In this document: positions 1 to 11,214 of the stretch, piece by piece | Layout of the letters: each line of letters opens with the position of its first letter | Numbering within the stretch: the first letter of the stretch is position 1 | Assembly (NCBI GenBank): GCA_008632985.1 | Contig: QPGO01000064.1 | Coordinates: forward strand, 124,001-188,000 | Source: Psammoneis japonica | Taxonomy: Eukaryota | Direction of reading: 5' to 3' | DNA length: 64,000 bases | Notes under the pieces: model-generated | What the model was told of the DNA's origin: nothing | The model's input: only the letters and a program-made list of their open reading frames with translations | The model's database searches: none | Made by a program: the position numbers and the translations under genes

Positions 1-245
1 CTATATGCGCTACAACAAGAGTCCCGCGAGTTATTTGAGCATTGAACGGAGACATAATCAGCAGATGACGACGGGTATGGAAGAATCGTGGATGCAGAAT
101 GGAATGAATGAAGGAGAGCACATTCTTAGTTAAAGAGGGAGCAACAGTACCGGTCTTTCGCGTTTGAAGACGATTTGCCGGCTCGAGCTCAGTTGTGTAT
201 AGGCTGTATTGTTAAAGCTAACGAGGATCCCACATTGAGATCCAA

Positions 246-1568
246 TCACAGGAGTGGCTGTTCCAGTTCGTTCTTTTCGTTAACCCTTTCATCGTCCTGC
301 GGTGGTTCACTCTCCTCTTCAGAATTATCCAGAGTTGACGTGCGATCATTGTGGCGAGGGACAAATGGATTTGCAAGACCGGTTTCAAACTCCCTCGTCA
401 CTTCATACTTTGCATCCTGATATCGCTTCTTTTCTGGTAATACGTACAACATCAAGTTGTCTACGATGAACGTAACCACCGCCAGCAATCCCAGTCCCGT
501 TGTCAACGTCACCAAAAAAGCAAGCGTATCAAATTGATGAAACTCTCCTCCCAACAAAACAGCAAGCTTTACTCCATGCGCCTTGAGAAGAGTACGGGAT
601 TCTCGGTAATGATCATAATACGGAATGCTTTGTTTGAACGAGGAACCAACGACAAGCTGAGGAGCATAATAGTAATAGGGATCCACTCGCCCTTCGTATG
701 GCTTGAAATCAGACCAATAGATATTGACAAGGACGGTTGCACCCGAGTCACGATAGGTTTGGCATGGACCATCACTTTCAACAGAAGGCGAGTTGCAACC
801 ATCCAGATCCATGCCTGCTGCTTTGAGCAAGACATTCAAAGAAAAGAAATCTTGTTTTGTTGATGTTCGATTGGGAGGAATGTAGCATGGAGCAGAATCT
901 GTCTCTTTGGATCCGTGGTAACTTGCAAACGCATTGCCAGATGCATGCTCGAGTTTGCATTGCTCTTCATGGTTGCACAATAGTCTTCCCTGATAACTGG
1001 ATGCTTGTGCTGAGCATGCGTACTTTGATGTTGCATTTTGATTATACGAAGTGCAGATTTTGGTTGCTGAAACCGCGTGGTCCAAAAGCACCGTAAAGGC
1101 ATCACTTTGCGCCGTGTAAAACTTGACTTCTTTCGAATCATCTTGATAGGTACGCGGACACGTCATTTCATCGTGACACACAAGCGATTGATTTACAGTA
1201 CTGGCTCGAGTTATGACTGCAAGAGACTTTTCACTGACAATCTGAGCATTTATTGCCTCGTAGATTTCACACTTATATTTTGTTCCCGCATAAGAAGCGT
1301 TTGACTGTGAACAGTACGGCAAGCTATCGAGTGGAGCCATGGCGTTATGACATTTTCTTGTGGATGGATCACAGTTATCAACCGTAGGCTGCTGGAGGGA
1401 GAATCGAACTACACCAACAACAGAAGAAGAGGACAAGTATCCACCCATAGCCCACATCTCGAATACGATAACGTAGACGCAGACCAAAATCAGCAGAAAG
1501 TACCGCAACAATCCATGCCTGGCATCCTGAATTTGAACATACTTGACAGTTTCGTATGAGCAAGCCAT
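246..1568 (-). CDS. P2X purinoceptor-like ATP-gated cation channel
   Basis: 440-aa ORF with N-terminal YETVK (YxTxK) motif, TM1, a Cys-rich ectodomain, RTLLKAHG (cf. RTLxKAYG), TM2 LTTGLGLLAVVTFIVD and C-terminal YQDAKYE (YxxxK). Confidence 0.9.
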   Translation of the reverse strand: MACSYETVKYVQIQDARHGLLRYFLLILVCVYVIVFEMWAMGGYLSSSSVVGVVRFSLQQPTVDNCDPSTRKCHNAMAPLDSLPYCSQSNASYAGTKYKCEIYEAINAQIVSEKSLAVITRASTVNQSLVCHDEMTCPRTYQDDSKEVKFYTAQSDAFTVLLDHAVSATKICTSYNQNATSKYACSAQASSYQGRLLCNHEEQCKLEHASGNAFASYHGSKETDSAPCYIPPNRTSTKQDFFSLNVLLKAAGMDLDGCNSPSVESDGPCQTYRDSGATVLVNIYWSDFKPYEGRVDPYYYYAPQLVVGSSFKQSIPYYDHYRESRTLLKAHGVKLAVLLGGEFHQFDTLAFLVTLTTGLGLLAVVTFIVDNLMLYVLPEKKRYQDAKYEVTREFETGLANPFVPRHNDRTSTLDNSEEESEPPQDDERVNEKNELEQPLL

Positions 1569-1811
1569 CTTGACCTTGACACATAGGAGTTAGAAGTAAA
1601 GGTCTTCTATAGGATAGCAGCTATTGCGAGACCACCTATAGCCTTAAGGGTGAAAAGGTTGCCGTTTGTCATCGTCGCGGCTATGCTATCTATCTACCGG
1701 TATCGCACAGCATTTTTCGAAATCCAATAGTACGGACAAACCACGCACGCCTTCTGTGGGAATCTGATGTGTTTCTACGTGTCGTACTTTGCCGTGTTGT
1801 AACTTCCCATC

Positions 1812-2247
1812 TGCAGTATGCCTCGCTACTGGACAACACGGCGAGACCGTGCATAAGCCTCTTGTACGTGGCAACGTAGTATTGTTAACACGTACCTGGG
1901 AAGCACGACCACAGGAGGGCGTGGCTCTAGGTCTTAGGCAATTCCAGAAGGATGCTAAGAGAGCATCCGGCCGTGTGAAGCACACTAGCCCGTCGTCTGG
2001 CCCACGATGGTAGCGTGATTCCACACGATGACATCACTCGTGCATGGCGCGTGATGGCTTGATTCGCACGATCCATAATGCGAACGCACGATCGATTTAA
2101 TACGATCCAAATGCGAACGAATAGGGATTTGGCAAGATTCCCTATTCGCACGATCCCATTTTCTCTACTCTAAACTAGCTCATAATTTTCACAACGACAA
2201 AGTCGTAACACATCTTCTTTTTCAGCGCCTGGCACACACATGGGGCA
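1812..2247 (+). repeat. 5' LTR (436 bp)
   Basis: Aligns end to end with 6605-7036 with one 4-bp indel. Retains about 23 TpA. Confidence 0.95.
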
Positions 2248-2308
2248 CAGTAATGTTGCTCCCGCATATTGTGCGAGGTAACGAAATCTACAGAAACGAA
2301 ACTACGAA

Positions 2309-5300
2309 ATGTTGGCAGGACCGACAAATCTTAAAACGACCATGAAGAAGCGGGTTGAGCCGCCGATTCCGTTCGCACGGCCGGAGAAGAAAGAGCTGCA
2401 GCAGGGCGAGCACCAGACGTTCAAGCTGCGTAACAACCCTGCTGATCCGGATGGTCCAACGCACGAGATGGGCATTCCGCACCTTTCTGCGGCTACATGC
2501 GAGACACTCCCAATCTTTCTGCGCAACGTGGATCGCGTGCACGAAGGACAAAACATCACGACCGGGCCAGCGAAATTTGCCCTCATGCGTGACCCACTGC
2601 AGGGCGATGCTCTGATGTCATTTGACAACGCCGCTGACAAGCAGGCATCCCAAACCAACGCTGCGTGCGCAGCATGCGTCGCGAAGCTAAAGGAGAGCAT
2701 CTTCCCACACAGGGCGGTGCCATTGCAGAAGCGCCATCTGAGGCACTTCATGCGCAAGCCCGCAGAGGTTTCTGTTCATGACTGCATCATGAGGGCTGTT
2801 GAAATTAACGGCTGCATCTCTCAGTTTCCACCCGTGATGGAGGATGGAGAAACACCGGCACCATTGCTTGATGACGAACTGTGCGACATGTTCGAGTGCG
2901 GTGTGCCGAGCGCATGGCAGAAGTTCATGACGCTACAGAATTTTGACCCGTTGGCGCATGCTGTCGCCAAATTTGCACAGTTCTGCGAGCGCACCGAGCA
3001 GGTTGAGCTTTCCGAAGGCAACCGCGACCATCATGCCAGGGTCCCACGCAAGCGGGGACGTAGAACGGACAATTCTGAGTCGTTGATCACGACCCAACCG
3101 AACACCCACATGAAGCGTGTCAAGACTGGACATTCCAGCAACGAAGGCAGCAAGCCCAACACAAAACCTCGGAATGAGGAAGATGTCAATGCTCTCATTG
3201 GATCGAAGGTCGAGGAGTTCTTTGCCAACGCTCAGAAAAAGCGCAAGGCACGCGAGGAGGAGCTCAGTCACTTCCGCGACCTCAACCCAAGTGACTCCGA
3301 AGACTCGGACACTTGCCGACACGACACAGGCAGTTTCAATGCATTGGACGAATGCACAAACAAACAACTGAATTGCCATCGTACACGTGTTGTGGGCCAA
3401 TCCCGCAAACGAGTTAAAAAGACTCATCTCACTCCAATCTTGTTTGCAGCTGTGAATGCCAAACATGGCAAGGGCAAGACTCAAACTGTCAAGGCACTGC
3501 TGGACAGTGGTGCCAGCAGTGCTCTGCTCGACAGTCGACACTGCAAACGTCTGCGAAGCCATTCAACGGCTGAAACAAACTGGGCTGCGGTGGCAGGCTC
3601 GTTTGGTGCGTCCAACGACTGTGCCGTTAAATTCCGGTTGCCAGAATTGTCCGAAACTGCAGAACTTGAGCATGTCGTCCATGCACACAACGGAAAGTTG
3701 GGCAAGTGCGATGTGATCATTGGACGCGACATTCTGGAGACACAAGGCATTGATGTTGTCTTCTCCAAACAGATGACAGAGTGGCCATCAGTCAATGGAG
3801 AAGCGCCAATGAGGCACGCAGATGCTGCGGTGGAAACCTCCTTCTATCTTCAAGATCCAGAAGCCTCATCTTTGGAAACCGACCGGATTTCGCGCATTTT
3901 GGACGCTGGGTGCACGCCGGCCTGCCTCGAGGACATGACGCGAGGGGCAATGGGACTTTCTGCAGTTCAACAAAACGACCTTTTGGCACTGTTGAAACGC
4001 CATGAGTCCTTGTTTGATGGGACATTGGGAGAATGGAAGGGAGAACCCTGCCATGTCCAACTCAAGGAGGGTGCAGAACCACACCACGCTTGTCCGCACA
4101 AAGCACCTCGTGTGTGCGAAGCTGCGCTGCGCAAAGAAGTAGAACGCCTGGTGCGTGTCGGTGTTCTCAAACGTGTCAACCAATCCCAATGGGCAGCTCC
4201 ATCATTTGTCATGCCGAAGAAAGATTTGACGGTGCGCTTCATCAATGACTTCAGAGAGCTGAACAAACGGATCAAGCGATTGCCTCATCCGATTCCTCAC
4301 ATCCAAGACATGCCACTCAAGCTCGAAGGCTTTATGTGGGCTGCATCGCTGGATTTAAACATGGGCTGTTGTCACATCCGATTGGACACTGATTGCAAGA
4401 AGCTCTGCACGCTCATCTTCCCGTGGGGCAAGCATGAGATGCAGGTGTTGCCCATGGGATTGTGCAATTCGCCAGACATTTTCCAAGAACGCATGTCAGG
4501 CTTGTTTGAAGATCTGTCGTTCGTTCAAACGCATTTAGATGACCTTCTCGTCGTGACGAAAGGCACCCACGAAGATCACCTCAACAAACTTGAAGAAGTT
4601 TTGTTGAGGGTCCAGAAAGCAGGACTAAAAGTTAACGCAACTAAGTCTCACTTCTGTCAAACCCAATTGGAATGCTTGGGTCATCTGGTCAACAGAGACG
4701 GAATGCGACCAACACCCAATAAAGTCGACGCCATTGAGCGAATCGCGACCCCAACCAACAAACGCGACCTGCGTTCATTTGTTGGCATGGTGAACTGCTG
4801 CCGCGACATGTGGATTGGACGTTCTGAAGTCTTGGCTCCGCTGACACGACTCGCAAGCGAGACTGTTAAGTGGGAGTGGACGTCCGTTGAAGACGAGGCG
4901 TTCGAAACCGTCAAACGGGCAATGTCGGATGATGTTTTGTTGTCACATCCTGATTTTAATGAACCCTTTGAGACACATGCCGATGCCTCTAAATGTCAAT
5001 TGGGAGCAGTTACATCCCAAGACAACAAACCCATCGCCTTTTACAGCAGAAAGCTCAACAGTGCGCAATTAAATTGTGCAACAACGGAGAGAGAATTGCT
5101 CGCCATTGTGGAGACGTTGAAAGAATTTCGAACGATTCTCCTTGGTCATCGCACAATCACATGTGCTGATCATAAAAATCTCACGTACAAAGCATTCAAT
5201 GCCGAGCGCGTTGTGCACTGGCGGTTGACATGTGAAGAATGCGGTCCCGAATTATGCCATGTTAAGGGCACCCATGACCCAGTCGCTGACGCTCTTAGTC

Positions 5301-6565
5301 GCCTTCGACTGGCACCCAGTTTGCCTTCCGAGGCTAATCCGGATGTAAAAGACACTCCATCGAGTCGTCCTTTGCATGAAGCTTTTAATGCAGACGCGCA
5401 AGATGAGCCATCTCTGCCTGTTGGCTTCAAGCGCATTCAAAAAGCACAACAAAAGGACAAGCGCCTGCTCTCAAGAGCTGAGGACTCGTCCGACTGCTCC
5501 ATTCGCGCGTGTCGTGGGGGAGGGTCATCACGACAGTCAATCTGTCATGAGGACAAAATCGCAGCACCACAGTCATTGCAGGTTCCGCTAACTGAATGGC
5601 ACCACTAGACACTGTGTCATCCAGGTGAGACACGTGCGGAAATGTCTGTTGCCCAGCACTTCTGTTGGCCCAGTGTGAGGTCTACGGTGCATTCTACGTG
5701 CGTTAAGTGCGATCGATGCCAGAAGACAAAACGCCGAACGCAGCGTCATGGGAAGCCACCAGAAAAGGTCGCAGAGATAATTCCATGGGAGACTCCATGC
5801 ATGGATGTGACAGGGCCACACAAAATTCAAAGACGCGGAAAGGACACTTTGCAATTGTGGGCAGTCACAATGATTGACCCAGCAACCGGGTGGTTCGAGA
5901 TTAAAGAAGTGTCTGCGAAACGCGCAGACGTCGCAGCAAACGTCGTAGAACAAACTTGGCTGTGCAGACATCCGTGGCCAACCCAGGTGGTTTGTGACCG
6001 TGGGACAGAATTTATGGCAGAATTCAGCCAAATGATTAAAAATGACTGTGGGATTTTGAAGAAACCCACAAGCAAACGGAATCCACAGGCAAATGCCATG
6101 GTGGAACATGCACACCAGACACTTGGCAACATGGTGCGCTCCTTTTCAGCACAGGATGTGGAACTGGACGAAGATGACCCATGGAGTGGCATCCTCTCCG
6201 CAACAGCCTTCGCTGTTGGAGCTGCGGAACACACGACCACGCGTGCAAGTCCCATGCAATTGGTCTTCGGACGCGATGCGGTTTTGTCCATTGCCCATCG
6301 TGCCAAGTGGAAGTGCGTGGAAACCAGAAAGCAGAAGCTTGTCCACTTAAACAACAAGCGTGAAAATCAGAAACGCAAGGAGTGTCAATGCACCGCAGGG
6401 CAATTGGAACTTGTCAAACAGGAACAATCCTCTAAATGCGGTTCTGACAGCTGTGCAGGACCCACCAGAGTTGTCCATGTGCATGACAACGGCACGTTGC
6501 GCATCCAGAACGGAGCGCTGACAGATGCGCACAATCTGCGGCAGATTGCACCCTGTCACCAGCAA
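2309..6565 (+). pseudogene. gag-pol polyprotein (protease, RT, RNase H, integrase), degenerate
   Basis: Protease LLDSGA; RT LPMGLCNSP and HLDD (from YLDD); RNase H ADAS, ERELLA, DHKNL; integrase HH..LCHPG/CxxC and D..D(RGTEF)..E. One in-frame TAG at 5606-5608 splits two same-frame ORFs. The probable original stop now reads CAA (6563-6565). Confidence 0.93.
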
Positions 6566-6604
6566 GACATCCTGTCACTTGACGGCCCTGATCATGGGGG
6601 AGTG

Positions 6605-7036
6605 TGCAGCATGCCTCGCTGCTGGACAACACGGCGAGACCGTGCACAAGCCTCTTGTGCGCGGCAACGTGGTGTTGTTAACACGCACCTGGGAAGCACG
6701 ACCACAGGAGGGCGTGGCTCCAGGTCTCAGGCAATTCCAGAAGGATGCCAAGAGAGCATCCGTGTGAAGCACACCAGCCCGTCGTCTGGCCCACGATGGC
6801 AGCGTGATTCCACACGATGACATCACTCGTGCATGGCGCGTGATGGCTTGATTCGCATGATCCACAATGCGAACGCACGATCGACCCAATGCAATCCAAA
6901 TGCGAACGAATGGGGATTTGGCAAGATTCCCCATTCGCACGATCCCATTTTCTCTGCTCTAAACTGGCTCACAATTTTCACAACGACAAAGTCGCAACAC
7001 ATCTTCTTTTTCAGCGCCTGGTGCATGCACAGGGCA
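6605..7036 (+). repeat. 3' LTR (432 bp)
   Basis: Copy of 1812-2247 with only 2 TpA left (GTTAAC, CTAAAC). Confidence 0.95.
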
Positions 7037-7040
7037 CATC

Positions 7041-8640
7041 CGATCATCACGTCGCGAGTGAGAATTCGAGACGCGACGACACCATTTTTTGAGACTGGAT
7101 GTTTGCTGCTCGAGACAATGCCGTTTGCAACTTCAGACAACACAGTGCCGCTCGAGATGACATTTGCTCTGGGGCCCTGCTCAAGATGACACCAATCAAG
7201 ACTCACGACCAGACGGTGCCACTCGGCATGTGCATGATGCATCACCACTTGAGACTGGACACTGCTGAGAGCACGATGCAGGACAGCGAGAACGACGTCC
7301 CAGTGACAAATGGGAACTGCCAGCTTTCACTCAGAATGGCTTGGCAATTGCCGCTAAAATTTTTGGCAATGAACTGGCATCACTTTGCATGGCTCAAATT
7401 GTTGACGCCAGAGAATGAAGTTCAGCCCTCCTTCGGTCGGATGTGTTGTTGCCCATTGTCAACTGAGTCAAGATGAAGAAAAAAAAATCCAATTTTTAAG
7501 TGCTGTCACTCCTTTGCCAGCTGGGGCAGCACCAGCCAACCTGCACTTCCAGTGCACCATTGAGTGTGGCAGAAGTGGATGCTCCTCATGTGGACAAACC
7601 GGGATGGGCGCTGCTGGAAGGTGACGTGCCACCTCAGCAGCCTTTTCTTTCCTTCAAATGTGGTTTGACCACAGCCACCCAGCTCAGAATCCCAGTGGTG
7701 GAATGGGTTGTGTGATCTTCAAGGGAACCCAAAAGAACCTCCCTGTGGTCCTTTGCCATGCATTCTTGGTGCTTGTCACAGATGACAGTGGCAAGCTCTG
7801 GCTGGGAAAAGATTTCCGCACATTGCCTTGTCATGCTGTTCCTGCAATTTCCACCATGAGGTCCAAACATGTGACCCAATCTGCGCTGCCCTGAGTCAAG
7901 ATGAGCCAGTTTGTTCACACGTGCAACCTGGAAATGTCAAACAGGGTTGGAGCTGAGCCCAGCTTTCTTCTGTCGTGCATTGTTTTTTTTGTGGCACAGT
8001 GAAGTGGGGCCAATGCAAACATGTGCCATGTGCTGCACAGCACATGCTCCTGTGGTGTGCTTTGATGAGCTGTAAAAAGGTTTGTGGCAGAGGCTCCAAA
8101 CAAGAAATGTTGTGCATGATTTTTGGTGCTGCACCCAGCACTTGGTTGAAAAGACAGCACAGCTCCAAAGTGCCAGCGAGTGGAGCACCAAAGTGAGAGG
8201 AGCTCCTTTGCCACTCTCACTTGCTCGCAGGCCTGTGCAAACAGCCTCCCACCCATCTCAAGCAACACCCTCAACTCTGTGACTGCAAGAATCATGTGTG
8301 AGTTCCAGCTGACAACTCTGTCCAGCAACAAGAGGTTGATGAGGCTCACAAAGGCATCCTCCGGGTTCAAATTGTCTTCCAACTCGCAGGTGCCACTTGC
8401 GGTGTCACTTGCGGAATGATTCAGCATCTTTTGCTTTCACTGAAGTGTGGACGTCCCACGATGTTCACACTGTGCGAGACAAGGCAAAGGAGATGTGTGC
8501 GTGCAAGTGCGAGACTCTAGCCAGCTGCTGGCAGGGTGTTCTGTCTTTTTTCGAGAATGGCTATTACTAGCCCACTCCCATAGCCTTTGTGGGGCGATGG
8601 ACGAGTGCGATGCCCACGCAGCGAGCATGTTGATCCATCA
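7041..8640. other. TpA-depleted relic block (core also CpG-depleted), origin unrecognised
   Basis: Only a few TpA between 7041 and about 8500. CA/TG-rich, with many overlapping Cys/His-rich ORFs. Confidence 0.8.
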
Positions 8641-8698
8641 AACGGCAAAAGCCTCCACGCCTTCATGCAATACTGTGCTTTTTAGTTATGCTTTTTAG

Positions 8699-10657
8699 CT
8701 AATCAGAATTTTTGTCTCGAAAGGCCGTGCTGTCCCACTCCATACCTGAGGTTAGATACTGAACGGCCAAATCCAATTTCTTGGAAGGCAGCTTTGTAAT
8801 AGACAATGGATCACCATATCGTTTACCACCACGAAACATGACAAAAGTAGGAACCGCCTTTACATCAAGAACTCGACCAAGTTCTTTTCCAGACTTTCCT
8901 GCCGTATTCGCCTTCGCAAAAAACACATTATCTTTTTCTTCCGTTGTCATTCTGGCCATGCGGGTGAAGGCTGGAGTCATGTATCTACAAGTGGTACAAT
9001 ATGATGCACTCATAAACATGACACAGTCTCTATGCGATGACAGAACCTCATGCTGCAAACCAGTAACATCTGTAATATCCATGACGAAGGGATTCTTCTG
9101 CGCGTTGCTGGGCAACGCCTCTTCTTCAATTTCATCGTATGCTTGCGTTTGTCGGTTGCGGTCAATGTTAGTCAAAGGCGGAGCTGAAACCATTCCATCT
9201 GCTTCTATATCATCCAAAACTGGCAGCCCATACCTCACGTTAGATCCGGACGAATCCCTTGGCCAAGATGCCAACTCCCAGAACTCTTGCAGAGACCAAG
9301 AACGAACGTTCTTGTTGTTTGAGAAAAGAATCTTTTTATCCAACAGGGTTTGTACCATGTCTGCCAAGTCCGAAGGAGGGATAATTTGTGTAGTGAACTT
9401 GGATGAAATGGAATTTTGTGTCGTTGAGATGTGTTTGTCGGCTTTTCCAGGGCCAAACAATACTCCGCTATCGCGAACAATTCTTTGAGATTCCGTCATT
9501 GTGCTAACATACCTGCGGTTTCAGAGGGTTAACAATTTTTGCTGAGCTGCTTCCAAGGATGAATAATATCCACTGTTTCTTGCTCATAAGACTGCTTGTT
9601 GGGGCACTCACCGATGACAATTGTGTTGGCTCTTTAGCAACGATACGACACCGCCACCTGATAATGTCATCATGTCATCCTCATCTTCATCGTCCGAAAG
9701 AAAGCCGTCGCCCCTTCGTTCATCCGACATGGTATCTACCAAGGCATCAAAGTCACCCAACGCGGCTGCAAATCCAATGTCTAACTCGCCCACAGCTGGC
9801 TTCATTACGTCAATATCACTATTCCGAAACCGAAGCTTGTCGTTTGTCGTCACGACTGCCACATTTGCCCCCAAGGCTGCCAAGGCCCTATGGCAAAATT
9901 GAGAAAATTTTCAAGCCCATGGCGTCAGCTTATTTTCAGAACAAAAATTACATGATTTGCTCAGCAAATACTGAAACTTACTCTGCAACAAAACGAGCGT
10001 AGTCGCTGCCACCCATTACAACAACCTGCGATGTAAGTAATTGGGAGAACAGAGTGTAAGATAAGATATCTAGCACTTCATGCGCCTTATGCCTGGAGGA
10101 TTCCCCGAGTTTACTATCAACGGCCTAAACAAACTCACTTTTCCCGATACAAAAGATTCTCCACCGCCACCGACTCCTTCCAAACGAGGCAATCCACAGT
10201 ACACACCAGAAAGTGATGCCATCATTGTGGATATCGCATCCTGATCAGTCACATCAGATGGAACAGATACCATTGAGTCCTTGTAAATGTGCACATCTTG
10301 ATCTAGTGACACAGTACTTTCAGAGTCTTTTGAGCCATTTGATAAGACTTGAATGCCCATGACGCGCTTCTGGGGTGCATCCTCAGTCGTCCCGGTTACC
10401 ACCGTCATGTATCCTGCGTTACTCGATAGACCGCCGCTCAACGAAGGTGCAGCCGGCAGGAATTTTTGTATCGACGTCCATTCTGCTCCATCGTAGATTG
10501 CAACTCGACTTGTCGATACTGCTTTCAACACTAAACTATTCTCCCGGATGCCTTGGAATAGTCTTCCAGAAGAACGGCTGGATTTGGTGGCTACGTATGC
10601 AAAGGCGAAGTATCGGTAAGAAAATATCCACCAAAACAAAATCCACTTCTCCAACAT
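8699..10657 (-). CDS. Probable plastid-targeted protein with a Rossmann/MDR-like middle region and C-terminal thioredoxin domain (4 exons)
   Basis: Signal peptide ending FAF-AY. GT-AG introns join approximately 10657-10139, 10026-9982, 9889-9612 and 9513-8699 (VVVMGGSDYARFVAE-GLAALGANV). Thioredoxin motifs ASYCTTC and AVPTF. Confidence 0.75.
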
Positions 10658-10891
10658 GGTCTATTGCGAGATTTCTTGATACCGTTACAAAATATGCCTT
10701 GTCGGACCCAAAGAACGATCCGCGAAACTAGTTGGTTTGTTGCAGTTGTTTCAATGGATTCCGTCGCGCCGCAAAAAGATTGGGCGGGAAAAACACCGTT
10801 GGTCGTGTGCGCCACCTTCTGTTGTCGTGGTAGACGGAACACGTAGGTTTCTACGTTACCAGCTGCTGGCGTCAGTCGTTACTTCAATTAG

Positions 10892-10898
10892 NNNNNNN
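10892..10898. other. Assembly gap
   Basis: Run of N. Confidence 1.
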
Positions 10899-11214
10899 GG
10901 GGGGGTACCGACGGAAGAAGAGGGGGGGAGAGGGGGAGCGAAGCGACCCCGTTGCTGCTGTAACAACAAGAGAGAAGGAAGGAAGAGAGGAGAAGAACGC
11001 AGCAATGGCGGAAGTGAGTGCAAGGTGCGTTGTGTTGTCGCATTTTCGTGGCGTTGAAGATGCAGATCATAAGCCTATCGCGCATAAAAAATTTCCACGG
11101 TTGATTTTATTTAGGCGCCACCGCCCCCCATTTCCCATCTTCCGTCTCGGCGCCAATTCGAGATGCAACCATGGGCTAGAATCAAAAGGCAAGTAATGAA
11201 TCTACATTTAGAGA

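Larger units (their letters stand above)
1812..7036 (+). mobile_element. Full-length Ty3/gypsy LTR retrotransposon, hypermutated
   Basis: Two TG...CA LTRs (1812-2247, 6605-7036), 4-bp TSD CATC (1808-1811 and 7037-7040), purine tract GGGGGAG just before the 3' LTR, and domain order gag-PR-RT-RNaseH-IN. Confidence 0.97.

Noticed and set aside
2309..6820. Alternative genetic code or RNA-editing-dependent genes to explain missing Tyr
   Set aside because: TpA loss occurs at all codon positions and in non-coding LTR DNA, and neighbouring genes use Tyr normally.
1812..7036. Classical RIP (CpA->TpA) acting on the 5' LTR
   Set aside because: The LTR alignment alone is ambiguous, but loss of invariant Tyr residues and the near absence of new TAA/TAG stops in pol show the direction is TpA->CpA/TpG.
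8781..9488. Long antisense ORFs (also 30142-30918 and 35154-35441)
   Set aside because: They are shadows of real genes on the opposite strand or frame.
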